DNA of 64,000 bases from Gammaproteobacteria bacterium (lineage in GTDB: Bacteria > Pseudomonadota > Gammaproteobacteria > SZUA-152), in the NCBI GenBank assembly GCA_021647505.1, contig JAKIUN010000004.1, positions 18,210 through 82,209 of the forward strand. Reading direction: 5' to 3'. The notes under the pieces were generated by a model. The model was not told where the DNA came from, ran no database searches, and saw only the letters and a program-made list of their open reading frames with translations. A program made the position numbers and the translations under genes. Positions 28,388-38,218 of this stretch are shown here, piece after piece. Each line of letters begins with the position of its first letter. Position 1 is the first letter of the stretch.

Positions 28388-28908
28388 CAGCGCTGTTTCT
28401 CCAGAAGAATGCAGAGGCTGCGCAGCATATTGGCCACGCCCTGTAGCAATAGCAGGCTGAAGCCCAGCGGGATCGCTGCCTTGAGCAGAAAGCGGTACGG
28501 TAGGCCGCCAGGGTCGGGTGAGCCCTCGCCCATGCCATAGCTGTTGGCGACGAAGGGTAACGAGCTAATAATAATCATCAGGCAGAAGGGCAATAACAGA
28601 AACAGGCCGCCGAACAGATCGATCATGGCGCGGTGGCGATCAGTCATCCACTGGCTGTTATAGAAAATATCCACCCGTACATGGCCGTTGTGTTTGAGGG
28701 TGTAGGCGGCACCGAGCAGGAACAGCAGTGCGAACAGATGCCATTCCAGTTCTTGCAAGGCCACTGAGCCACTTTGCAACAGGTAGCGCATGGCGACGTC
28801 GTAGGTGATGACCAACACCATTGCCAACACCAGCCAGGCCACGGCGCGGCCACTCCACTCGCTGATGAACTCGATGGCCGCGATGAGGCGTTTAAGGGTC
28901 GCTTGCAA
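28387..28908 (-). CDS. dctQ: TRAP transporter small permease
   Basis: QELEWHL, HVRVDIFY, EGSPDPGGL; TTG start. Confidence 0.92.
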   Translation of the reverse strand: MQATLKRLIAAIEFISEWSGRAVAWLVLAMVLVITYDVAMRYLLQSGSVALQELEWHLFALLFLLGAAYTLKHNGHVRVDIFYNSQWMTDRHRAMIDLFGGLFLLLPFCLMIIISSLPFVANSYGMGEGSPDPGGLPYRFLLKAAIPLGFSLLLLQGVANMLRSLCILLEKQR

Positions 28909-29159
28909 GGGGGTATCCCGGGTCGAAAAACGCCGGCATTCTACCGCAAATCCGTGTTGCCTGCTGCAATTCGTTGGGTACGGCAGGCGGAGGTGGCTTA
29001 GGACATCCCGGTGGTTTGTATGAATGTCATCATAAAGGTAATCGGTAAATGGGCAATTGATGGATATAAAGGCTAAAGTTAAGCGTTATATAAGTCGATC
29101 GACATCGGTGATCACAAGAATCGCCCTGAATAACCCTCAATAAATGGAGATTTACATAA

Positions 29160-30578
29160 ATGGAGATTTGTACGCGACGTTTGCTCTGCTCCCTGATATT
29201 GATTGTTGCGGTGTCGGTTGCCTATGCCGCACCGGTCTATCATCCCCCGGGCTCCAATCTGAGTGCCGGTGATGTCAGCAATGGCCAGTCCATCATTTCG
29301 GATATCACCAATCCTGCCGCCAGCGCCGTACAGCTGAAGAATGATGGCGCGCATGTGCAGTTCGGACTTATCAGTAATATCGGGATCGGCTTCGAATACG
29401 GCCAGGTGGACAACGTCTTCGACATCATCGATGAGAAGGCCGAGGCCTACTCCGATGGCCTGAGGGTGACTGTGCCGGCATTTACCGGGAATCCGACTAA
29501 CCCTGGCGATGTGAGTCAGTATATTGCTGACATCCAACAGGCCATTGATATACCGGTGGCTGACATCAATAACGTACTTGCTACGGTGGCCGCCGACGGC
29601 TATGGCAAGGTCTTCGGTTCCATGAACCTGCCCTTGACGCCGGTCGTGGTGGGCAACGATTTTCTTGCTGGAGTACTGGTGTTTGATGCCAGCGTTTCGG
29701 TCGCGACAAAGGCCGTTGGGTTATATGACAGCATCGACATCGACTTTGCCGATGTGCAGGCCCAGTTGCTGAGTGGAAACACGGTGCTGGATCTGGGCGA
29801 AGTGGATCTCGATCTTAGCAATCCCAGTGACCCGCTTATGAAGGTAACCAATGACACCACCTTGCTGACCCGTGCCGCAGGTGTGAGTGAATTTGCTCTC
29901 GGCTATAGCCGGCAATTGTTCAGGCATGAGGCCGGTGATCTGTTCGGTGGATTGCGTGCCAAGTACTACCGGGTGGGTATGGCCCAGGCGGCAACCCGGC
30001 TTGGCAACCTGACAGATGCCGAACAGCTGTTCCAGGATGCCCGCGATGCTCCCCTCAATTACGACAGCAACTTTGGGCTCGACCTGGGAGTCTTATGGGT
30101 GAGTGAGAACTACCGCCTTGGCGCGACGCTGATGAATCTCAATGCACCCACCTTTCGCTTTTCCGGCCTGAATGTCAGCGGGTATTCAGATGGCCCCATT
30201 GCCCACCTGCTGGCCCAGGATTACGTCTACAAAATGGAGACTCAGCTCAAACTGGAAGCCGCGTTATTTTCCAGCAACCGCCAGTGGGCGATCAATGCAG
30301 GCCTGGATGCCAATGCGGTTCCCGACCCGTTTAGTGACGACTATCAGTGGGCGACCTTGAGTGCGGCCTATTTGACCGACAGCTGGTGGATTCCGGGCGC
30401 CCGCATCGGTTATCGCGCCAACTTGGCCGGAGAAAATATGAACTATGCCACCCTGGGAGCCACCCTGTTCAAAGTCTTCAATATTGACCTGGCCCGGGCA
30501 CTGAATACGGTCACCATCGATGGTTCCAGGGTGCCGCGTGGCGCGATGCTCAATATGGGGCTTGAGTTGTCTTTCTGA
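29160..30578 (+). CDS. TraF_2-like outer-membrane beta-barrel protein
   Basis: Signal peptide, NPAA, FGLDLGVL..LGATLMNLNAP, GYRANLAG, terminal LELSF. Confidence 0.72.
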   Translation: MEICTRRLLCSLILIVAVSVAYAAPVYHPPGSNLSAGDVSNGQSIISDITNPAASAVQLKNDGAHVQFGLISNIGIGFEYGQVDNVFDIIDEKAEAYSDGLRVTVPAFTGNPTNPGDVSQYIADIQQAIDIPVADINNVLATVAADGYGKVFGSMNLPLTPVVVGNDFLAGVLVFDASVSVATKAVGLYDSIDIDFADVQAQLLSGNTVLDLGEVDLDLSNPSDPLMKVTNDTTLLTRAAGVSEFALGYSRQLFRHEAGDLFGGLRAKYYRVGMAQAATRLGNLTDAEQLFQDARDAPLNYDSNFGLDLGVLWVSENYRLGATLMNLNAPTFRFSGLNVSGYSDGPIAHLLAQDYVYKMETQLKLEAALFSSNRQWAINAGLDANAVPDPFSDDYQWATLSAAYLTDSWWIPGARIGYRANLAGENMNYATLGATLFKVFNIDLARALNTVTIDGSRVPRGAMLNMGLELSF

Positions 30579-30647
30579 TCACTCAATCTTTCCGGGTTGG
30601 ATTTCCCATTCCGGTTTTTAGTGGTACTTCGGGATTTCTGGCATCTT

Positions 30648-31787
30648 TTAGAACTGGATGCCGAGTTGCGCGTGGGCGCCATCCTGTTCTTTACTGTGTG
30701 AAGCCGCTATATCGAGCGCCAGAAAACCAAAGGCGATGCCCAAGCCGAGTGATGCAGTACCAAGCTGGGTGCCGGTCAGGTTCTGCTGATAGCCGCTACG
30801 CAAGGCGAGCCAGCGCCAGGGCTTGAATTCCACGCCCAGTGCGGCCATTTGAGTGGCGGAATCGAAGCCGGAACCCTGGTTTCGCATCAGATCGAGATCA
30901 AATTCGAACACCGTACGCCGGCTTTGATAGGCAAAGCCGGCGCGCAGCTGCGGGGCAATATCGAAGTAGTCTCCTGTGTTGCCGTACTCGAAGCTGCCGG
31001 AAAACAGGTTCTTGGCCATCAGGCCCAGCTTCCAGACGCCGAATTCTTTCAGCACGCCGATATCCAAATTGAAGGCCGCATTGCCGCTGTACTGATTGCG
31101 CTCAATGCCGGTCTTGGCAACGCGGACATCCTCGCTGTAGCCATAACCCTCGATAAAGAGAAATTTGACGTTAAAGCCCACGGCCAGCTGGCGGCGCCAG
31201 CCGGTGCCGCTGATAGACTTGGCGGCAGTGATGCCGTTTTCCAATACCTGGGCGCCACGGTGCTCGATACGGGAGGTGTATTGGGGATTGGCGGGATCAC
31301 TCAGGTTATCGCCCACAACGCTGGCGCGGGCATTGGCCCAGTCATAGATGTGTATATAGGCGGCGGCACTGAGGAGGCGACTAGGGATGGCGAGCAGGAT
31401 GGCGCTGTTGCCGCTTTCCCGGTAGATGCCGTCGCCCATGGCATTGAGGCTGGCCAGTGCAGCATCCCGGTTGGCGATGGTGGGGCCGGCGTCCAGGGTG
31501 TTAGCGGCCCGTTTGAAAGTGGCCAGCTTGTCTTTCAGGTCATCGGGATCGCCGCGTTGGCGGCCCATGCCGGGCACCATCAGAAACCACTCGCGTTGTT
31601 CCTCGGTGGTGGTCAACAGTGCCGGGTTGTTGAAGGTGGCATAGCGGGCGCCGGTAGCGACGCCGACTCCGCCCATTCCGGCGGCACGCACGTCAAAAAC
31701 GCCAAAAGGTTGCGCCTGAACGAAGCCGGAGTAAGTCATCAGTAGGCCGAGACAGGTCAGGGCTGCGCGGATATGCTGGGGGTGCAT
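30648..31787 (-). CDS. TraF_2-like outer-membrane beta-barrel protein
   Basis: DVRAAGMGGVGVA..NNPALL, FNLDIGV, GLMAKNL, PQLRAG, LRSGYQQN, terminal GIQF; start coupled to the serB stop (TGATG). Confidence 0.8.
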   Translation of the reverse strand: MHPQHIRAALTCLGLLMTYSGFVQAQPFGVFDVRAAGMGGVGVATGARYATFNNPALLTTTEEQREWFLMVPGMGRQRGDPDDLKDKLATFKRAANTLDAGPTIANRDAALASLNAMGDGIYRESGNSAILLAIPSRLLSAAAYIHIYDWANARASVVGDNLSDPANPQYTSRIEHRGAQVLENGITAAKSISGTGWRRQLAVGFNVKFLFIEGYGYSEDVRVAKTGIERNQYSGNAAFNLDIGVLKEFGVWKLGLMAKNLFSGSFEYGNTGDYFDIAPQLRAGFAYQSRRTVFEFDLDLMRNQGSGFDSATQMAALGVEFKPWRWLALRSGYQQNLTGTQLGTASLGLGIAFGFLALDIAASHSKEQDGAHAQLGIQF

Positions 31788-32635
31788 CAGCTGTTTTCTC
31801 CCGTCCAGAGCATGTCCAGCACGGCATCCAGGCCTCGGTGATGGAGGGTAGCGTCTGCCTGTGCGCGTACGGCGGGTTTGGCGTGATAAGCCACGCCGAG
31901 GCCGGCTACGGCGAGCATTTTCAGATCGTTGGCGCCGTCGCCCATGGCCACGACTTGTGAGGGGTGGATCTCCAGCTCGTGGCACAGGGCGGAGAGATAA
32001 GAGGCCTTGGTTTCGGCGCCGACGATGGCGCCCTCCACCGAACCCAGCAGCTGACTATTTTTCTCTGCCAGCACATTGGCGAGGGTGAAATCCAGTCCCA
32101 GGCGTGTTTTCAGGCGGTCAGTAAAGAAAGTGAAGCCGCCTGAGACCAGGGCCAGCTTGATACCACGAGTCTTGAGGCCGTCAATAAGAATTTCCGCGCC
32201 CGGGTTGAGGTGCAGACGTTCATCGTAAACCTGCTGCAGGGCCGATGTATCCAGTCCTTTTAGCAGGGCGACACGCTGGCGTAGCGAGGCTTCGAAGTCT
32301 ATTTCACCGCGCATGGCAGCCTCGGTGATGGCTGCCACCTGGGGTTTGACACCGACGAAGTCAGCAATTTCGTCCACGCACTCGATGCTGATGAGGGTAG
32401 AATCCATGTCCGTGATCAGTAGGCCGACACGGGCAGGATCGAAGTCGGTGGGCAGGATGTTGATATCCAGGTGCAGTTTTGCACGCAGGGCTTCCAGTGC
32501 CGTATGATCCGGTGTGTCGGTGTGCTGGATACGGAAATGACTACCGCAGTCCTGTAGCTCACCCGCCAAGTGTTTACTTAGAGTGGTGCGCTGATCGGTT
32601 GTCAGTTCGGCATTGTGGATGAGAGTTGTGGGCAT
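31787..32635 (-). CDS. serB: Phosphoserine phosphatase
   Basis: DMDSTLISIECVDE, AMRGEIDF..SLRQRV, VSGGF, GDGANDL, AYHAKP. Confidence 0.96.
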   Translation of the reverse strand: MPTTLIHNAELTTDQRTTLSKHLAGELQDCGSHFRIQHTDTPDHTALEALRAKLHLDINILPTDFDPARVGLLITDMDSTLISIECVDEIADFVGVKPQVAAITEAAMRGEIDFEASLRQRVALLKGLDTSALQQVYDERLHLNPGAEILIDGLKTRGIKLALVSGGFTFFTDRLKTRLGLDFTLANVLAEKNSQLLGSVEGAIVGAETKASYLSALCHELEIHPSQVVAMGDGANDLKMLAVAGLGVAYHAKPAVRAQADATLHHRGLDAVLDMLWTGENS

Positions 32636-32730
32636 AAGCCTTCCCGCGAATCGAATCGCTATTTTTCTTACATTCTAACCCGAATACCTTGCATCAATGC
32701 ATCAAGGAACATGAGGTATAGTAGTTCAAA

Positions 32731-33164
32731 CTAGTGTGGTGTCCAAGAATCAAAATAAGGAGGAGCTATATCTTTATTTTTTTCTTTAGTCAGGGCTCGA
32801 AAAACAATAATTTTCCGAATTTTGGAAGTCGAAGCGCCCGTCTGGCGAGGCGCGAAAACGCAGAAATATGGGTTATATTTCAAGTTTTCGCAATGTGGGC
32901 AGGCGGGATAAATCGGCCTTCAAAAACGGAAAATTATTGTTGTGCGAGCCCTAGCCCCCTGAGAGCTTCAACGATAAGGCAGCCGCTCTGCATTTCTTTT
33001 GCCTTATCGCTTTCCCCTACTCCAAGTCTATTGCAACTAAAAACTACACCGTATTTCTCAAGCTCGGGAACTGTTTGATTCCACGAGTCGAGCTTCATAC
33101 CATACCCTGACAACAAAATTACTGATGGATTTCCACCACTTGATATTGACAGCCCATTAAGCAT
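32731..33164 (-). pseudogene. Alpha/beta hydrolase remnant interrupted by a MITE
   Basis: VILLSGYG...W...NRLGVGESD...EALRGL, then the MITE, then TKEKNKDIAPPYF/ILGH, matching a degraded PPYILVGHS nucleophile region. Confidence 0.7.
32792..32952. mobile_element. MITE with 26-bp TIRs
   Basis: Left AGGGCTCGAAAAACAATAATTTTCCG versus right reverse complement AGGGCTCGCACAACAATAATTTTCCG (2 mismatches); removing it restores the hydrolase reading. Confidence 0.8.
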
Positions 33165-33469
33165 GTTTGGTTTATTATTTTCATTCAGACCTTATTCCCA
33201 GAAAATCACTGTGTCAAGCCAAAATCCCAGGAAAATATACTGGCGAAAATGCGTGATTTGGTGCGGCTTCTCCACTTTATGTTCACACCTAATGGGTTTA
33301 TTGTGACTGGGTTTCACACTTTATTCGTTTTCAGCAATTAGTTTCAAATCTGACACTTTTCTGGTGTATGGTATCAATGGGAATGCCCTTTCAACGCTCC
33401 CGTTTTCACCCGGTCGCCGTCCCTTGCCCGACGGACAATGTCGCTTCAGTTGTGGAGATCAGATCAAAC

Positions 33470-33853
33470 ATGAATACCCTATGGCACGGCCTTCTCATCA
33501 CCTCTTTCATCCTCGCCTGTATGCTTGGCGGCCTCACAATGGCGGCTCCGACGGAGGACAATTATCAACCGATGGGGCCTCGTGACGTAAGATGCGGAAT
33601 CACTAATTTCAGTTATGACGGGGTAATGGACGGCCTACGGATGGTAAAGCCGACAAGCGGAAAAGTTGGGCTTTTCCTCTGTGAAAACCAAAAAATTGAA
33701 CTGGCAAGCCCGAACTTTGAAGACGGCTTCATCCTCACCCGGAATTACGGCAAAATTAAGGTGCGCTTTGGTATGTCATTGTCGGGCACCCTGTTTACTC
33801 TATGGATGACCCCCGAGCAGAAAGAGATGCTGATAAAGCTGCGCCAACAGTGA
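33470..33853 (+). CDS. Hypothetical exported protein
   Basis: GGAG RBS upstream, hydrophobic N-terminus, two mature Cys; no family recognised. Confidence 0.55.
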   Translation: MNTLWHGLLITSFILACMLGGLTMAAPTEDNYQPMGPRDVRCGITNFSYDGVMDGLRMVKPTSGKVGLFLCENQKIELASPNFEDGFILTRNYGKIKVRFGMSLSGTLFTLWMTPEQKEMLIKLRQQ

Positions 33854-34018
33854 GATGCTTGCAAAACCCCTGAGGGAGTTTCCGGCAAGGCAAAAATAGC
33901 CAAGTCAACAACCACCCGCCAATGCCGACGGGTTGGCTTTACAGGCTGGAAGTCTGCATACGAGTCGATTTTTAACACGGGTCAGGAGAAACTATCTCAG
34001 GGGTTTTACACATAGCTC
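33852..34018. mobile_element. MITE-like element with 23-bp imperfect IRs
   Basis: TGCAAAACCCCTGAGGGAGTTTC (33860-33882) versus GAAACTATCTCAGGGGTTTTACA (33988-34010), 3 mismatches; GAG..CTC outer ends. Confidence 0.65.
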
Positions 34019-34181
34019 CAGAAATCCGGGATCCCAATACCACAACAGAACAGGCGGCAGGTACGCATATACCTGCAAAGACCGAGTAAGCCGTTCAGCA
34101 AATATACATTCATGGCCCCATACCCTCCTATGTAAATCCCGATAACAGCAGGGACATGCACGGCACCAGAGGTAACAGATC

Positions 34182-34952
34182 ATGAGCTGGCGATTTTTCA
34201 TTCCATTCACGGAACTCCCCCTAGTACAGCGCGTGGTCTACACCAGCACCCTGCTGATCCTCGGCCTTGGCTACGCCTTTGCCAGCCTGTACGTGTTTGA
34301 GTCCCATGCGGGACGGGACGGCGACCCCATGCTGACGGTGGAAGACCTGATCATCGCCTACAGCGGCAGCAAGACCAGCACTCGTCTGGAGTCCTCTCTG
34401 ATGGGCCCCATGTCGAACATGCTGCCGCCGGAAGAAAACCTACAAATCATCGACTGGGTACGCCGCGGTGCGAGTGAAGAGGAATACAAAAACACCACCG
34501 CCGCCATTTTCAAACAACGCTGCGTAGCCTGCCACAACAACCGCAACCCCCACCTCGCCAGCCTGGAAGGCTACGAGAACATCAAGCTGACGGCTGAACA
34601 GGACACCGGCGTAGATATCTATACCCTGGTGCGCGTCTCACATATCCACCTGTTCGGGCTGACCTTCATCTTCTTCATTGTCAGCACTATCTTCAGCCAC
34701 GCCTACCTACGCCACGAGTGGCTCAAGATCGCCATCGTCACCACCCCCTTCGTCGCCATTGTCCTGGACATCTCCTCCTGGTATATCACCAAGATATACG
34801 AACCCTACGCATGGATGCTGATCATCAGCGGCGCCTTCATGGGCGCGAGCTTTGCCGTGCAGTTTGTCATCTCTCTGTATCAAATGTGGTTCTTCACACT
34901 GCCTGAAGATGCCGAGACCGTCAGCGACATCGTTCGTCACCAGTACGACTAA
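34182..34952 (+). CDS. Integral membrane protein with one c-type heme motif
   Basis: One N-terminal and three C-terminal TM helices; CVACH in the soluble loop; His in FESHAG and RVSHIHLFG. Confidence 0.8.
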   Translation: MSWRFFIPFTELPLVQRVVYTSTLLILGLGYAFASLYVFESHAGRDGDPMLTVEDLIIAYSGSKTSTRLESSLMGPMSNMLPPEENLQIIDWVRRGASEEEYKNTTAAIFKQRCVACHNNRNPHLASLEGYENIKLTAEQDTGVDIYTLVRVSHIHLFGLTFIFFIVSTIFSHAYLRHEWLKIAIVTTPFVAIVLDISSWYITKIYEPYAWMLIISGAFMGASFAVQFVISLYQMWFFTLPEDAETVSDIVRHQYD

Positions 34953-34964
34953 AATACACACATC

Positions 34965-36734
34965 ATGATCTGGCGATACGGCACTATCATTCTCCTCACC
35001 TGGCTACTCGTGGCCTGTGAGGACGGCAAAGAAACCGCCACCATTGAGTCCATCCCCACGCCTCGGGAGGTCATCGAGAAACCGCTGCTGGTCGGTGACG
35101 TCGAAGCCGGCAAGGCCCTCGCCGCAGACTGCGCCACATGCCATGGCATGGACGGCGTGCTGGCTCAAAGCGGCTCCCCCTTCATTGCCGGACTGGAGCA
35201 GGACTACCTGATCCGTTCCCTGCTAGCCTACGCCGACGGCTCACGAAAACACGACAAGATGAAGGCCATCGTCGACGCTCTTGGCCCCGACAAACTGGCC
35301 GATGTCTCCGCCTATTACGCACAACTGGACACCCCCTGGCGCGGCGCCGTGCGGAGTACGCAATCCAAACTCACCCTGCAGGACAAACAGACTATCGCCG
35401 CCGGAGCAAAGCTCGCCGAACGCTGTAACTCCTGCCACGGCGCTGACGGCAATGCCGCACGTTCGGACGTGGTGCCCCGCCTCGCCGGCATGTCCCTGGA
35501 ATACTTCATCCCCGCCATGGAAAGCTATTTCAACGGCAAGCGTCAGCACGGCATCATGAAACTGTTCAAGACATCCACCAACGAACGAGATATCCACAAC
35601 CTTGCCGCCTACTACGCCACCCGCACACCGAAGATGGCCCCCCCTTCTCGCCATCACAAGGCAGACCCGGCCGCAGGCAAGGTCGTCGCCGCCACCGCCT
35701 GTGCCGGCTGCCACGGTTATGACGGCAACAGCCTCAACCCCTACATGCCCAACCTCGCCGGCCAGCCCATGGAATACCTAATCAAGGCCACCAAAGACTA
35801 CCGCGACGGGCGGCGCAAAGAAGTGCTGATGCAGGAACCCGTCAACCACCTGAGCAACAAAACCATTGCCAACATCGCCGCCTACTACGCACACCAGCGG
35901 CCGCAAACACCACTCAGCGAAGGCCCCAATGACAGTGGCGCCTTCGACCCGCTGGCCGACGGCGCGAAGATCGCCGCCTCCTGTAACGGCTGCCACGGTG
36001 ACCGCGGCAACAGCCAGAAGGCCGGCGTCCCCAGCCTCACCGGCCTGCACGAAAAATACCTGGTTACTGTCATCAAGGCCTACCAACGAGGCACCCGCCA
36101 GCACGACCTGATGCGTAAGCTGGTCTCCCACTTCAGCGACACCGATATCGAAAAAGTCAGTTTTTACTATGCCCTGCAGGAACCGGGAAAACGGCAAAAC
36201 ACCGCCGAGGGCGACCCCGCCGCCGGCCACCGACTCAGCGAATCCTGTGCCGTATGCCACGGCGAAGGCGGCATCAGTAAAGACCCCTTCACCCCCAGCC
36301 TAGCCGGACAGGACGCCCGCTACCTTGTCCACGCCACGCAAGCCTATGCCAGCGGCGTGTACCAAAACGACAAGATGCAGGCCCCAGCCCAGGCCCTCAG
36401 CGAGACCGAGATCCGCGACCTCAGTGCCTACTACGCCGCCCAGCCACCGCAGCGCTCGGAAACCTGGCCACCGGAGCCACCACAATTTCTCATCAAAGAA
36501 CGCTGCGACCGCTGCCACGGCGAACGCGGCTTCAGCACCCACCCCGGCAATCCGCGTCTGGCCGGACAATCCGAGGCCTACCTGATTCTCGCCATGCAGG
36601 AATATCAGGACGGCACTCGCACCAGCCAGACCATGCACGCCATGGCCGATGTGTTGAGCCTGTTGGAAATCAAGGCCGTAGCGGCCTATTACGCCCGGCA
36701 GACAGCGGACGGAGAAGAAAACAGCGCCCCGTAA
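34965..36734 (+). CDS. Hexaheme cytochrome c4-type lipoprotein
   Basis: Lipobox LVAC; six CxxCH (CATCH, CNSCH, CAGCH, CNGCH, CAVCH, CDRCH), each followed by a PxLAG-type loop, a distal Met and an AYY-type helix. Confidence 0.9.
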   Translation: MIWRYGTIILLTWLLVACEDGKETATIESIPTPREVIEKPLLVGDVEAGKALAADCATCHGMDGVLAQSGSPFIAGLEQDYLIRSLLAYADGSRKHDKMKAIVDALGPDKLADVSAYYAQLDTPWRGAVRSTQSKLTLQDKQTIAAGAKLAERCNSCHGADGNAARSDVVPRLAGMSLEYFIPAMESYFNGKRQHGIMKLFKTSTNERDIHNLAAYYATRTPKMAPPSRHHKADPAAGKVVAATACAGCHGYDGNSLNPYMPNLAGQPMEYLIKATKDYRDGRRKEVLMQEPVNHLSNKTIANIAAYYAHQRPQTPLSEGPNDSGAFDPLADGAKIAASCNGCHGDRGNSQKAGVPSLTGLHEKYLVTVIKAYQRGTRQHDLMRKLVSHFSDTDIEKVSFYYALQEPGKRQNTAEGDPAAGHRLSESCAVCHGEGGISKDPFTPSLAGQDARYLVHATQAYASGVYQNDKMQAPAQALSETEIRDLSAYYAAQPPQRSETWPPEPPQFLIKERCDRCHGERGFSTHPGNPRLAGQSEAYLILAMQEYQDGTRTSQTMHAMADVLSLLEIKAVAAYYARQTADGEENSAP

Positions 36735-36827
36735 GGGCGAGGCACGCCGAGAAAGCCCGTATTGATTAGGATGTTGCGCCAGACTCATGGCACCCGTCTC
36801 TGTGGACACGCTGCGTGCCTCTTCGGA

Positions 36828-37015
36828 GCTAACTCCGAATTATTACAGATTTCGTCATTAAACCCACAGAGATTAAATGACTGCATCGTGACAATAGATG
36901 CGATGGGATGCCAAAAAATATGGCCAAGCAGATTGTTACAGGCGGTGGTGATTATGTTCTTGCGCTGAAAGGCAATCAAGGTGCTCTTTCGGAGCAAGTA
37001 AAAAGTTTTTTTAGG
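36828..37015 (+). pseudogene. ISAs1-family transposase internal fragment, frameshifted
   Basis: ELLQ...CIVTIDAMGCQK, then after a frameshift AKQIVTGGGDYVLALKGNQGAL. Confidence 0.85.
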
Positions 37016-37225
37016 AAACCAATAAATCCAACTTCGAAGGTTACAATGTTGGCAACTACTCAGCCAAAAAAGACGAAAACCCATTAAAAAAACAACAGGC
37101 TATGATATAAGATTACTGTTATGGAAGCACGGCTCGATTTAAAAAGAACTCAGCACCTTTGAAAAAGAAGAACTGGCTGCACGTTGCATCAACCTCGCAA
37201 TTGACCTGTTATACCCAAGGCACTT

Positions 37226-37257
37226 CGTGGGCACATAAAACGTGCCCACCCTTCTAC
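37226..37257 (-). repeat. GTAG-type REP
   Basis: Minus strand GTAGAAGGGTGGGCACGTTTTATGTGCCCACG. Confidence 0.6.
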
Positions 37258-37303
37258 CGGTCTAATTCACCAGATATTTTTCTTTCCGTATATCACGCGT
37301 AGA

Positions 37304-38218
37304 CTACCTTGCTACGTTTGGCTGTAAAAACCCACCAATGACATGGCTTGCCAAGCATCGTCTTAGCTCATCATCCATAACCCAACCACAATCACCATTA
37401 CGTTGCGTTGAACAGCTTGCGCTATGGTAACAAGCGTACTCGGGCCGCCATTCACAGGTTGTAGTTACGTCAGTGTCCGCACATATCTGCCCAGAACACC
37501 CTGTTGGAAAGCACATTTTTTGTTTCGTACTTTCAACCTTTAGATAAAACTGGCTCGCGGTAATACCCTGCGCTGAACCACCTGAACCCGTCACCTCAAT
37601 AAAGCGGCCTGCCATCATGAGTCCATCTCCTGAATTAGCAGCTTCCCGTGCTAGCGTGAGCTGTTCATCGTCTGTCTCAATCTCGCTTAAATCGTAGTCT
37701 GCCAAGCTTTTTACAACATACTTATTGAGAATTTCTCCGTCATAGCTTGGGCAGGGGTCTATGATACAATGTATGCCGTTATCACTAACATTAACAAATA
37801 TACCACTGGGCGGCTGATCAGAGGCACTCAACCAAGCGTTGTCGATTATCAGCAAACCATAGTCAACAATACCTGCTAACCTCCCCTGGATGAGAATTCT
37901 CGATTCTCTCATTGCCTGGCGAATTTCAGTAATCTGGATATCCGACAGACCAACAATATTAATTCTCTCCGCACCAACATAACACTCTTCTTTTACACTG
38001 CCATCGGGGCATTGAGATACGTCACGATTAACTGCTTTGACGAACCAACCACCACAAATGGGTGCAACACATTTTCTAAAGTCTGGCTTGATCGTAAAAT
38101 AAGTAATACCCAATGGAGATACCATCGGTGCAGGCTTAACATTTAAACCATCATTAACTGCATGAGCGGCAAAACTACTTAGAAAAAGAATAACAAATAT
38201 TAATTTTGATTTCCTCAC
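37304..38218 (-). CDS. Secreted Cys-rich protein (DUF6748-like domain plus C-terminal cysteine cluster)
   Basis: Signal peptide; DFRKCVAPICGGWFV..N...CPDG....CYV; DNGIHCIIDPCPS; CFPTGCSGQICA...TCEWRPEYACY...C...CGW; low GC. Confidence 0.7.
   Translation of the reverse strand: MRKSKLIFVILFLSSFAAHAVNDGLNVKPAPMVSPLGITYFTIKPDFRKCVAPICGGWFVKAVNRDVSQCPDGSVKEECYVGAERINIVGLSDIQITEIRQAMRESRILIQGRLAGIVDYGLLIIDNAWLSASDQPPSGIFVNVSDNGIHCIIDPCPSYDGEILNKYVVKSLADYDLSEIETDDEQLTLAREAANSGDGLMMAGRFIEVTGSGGSAQGITASQFYLKVESTKQKMCFPTGCSGQICADTDVTTTCEWRPEYACYHSASCSTQRNGDCGWVMDDELRRCLASHVIGGFLQPNVAR

Noticed and set aside
29160-31787. TraF-like genes as evidence of a conjugative element
   Set aside because: No relaxase, coupling protein, VirB4 or pilin genes; host-like composition and coupling to serB.
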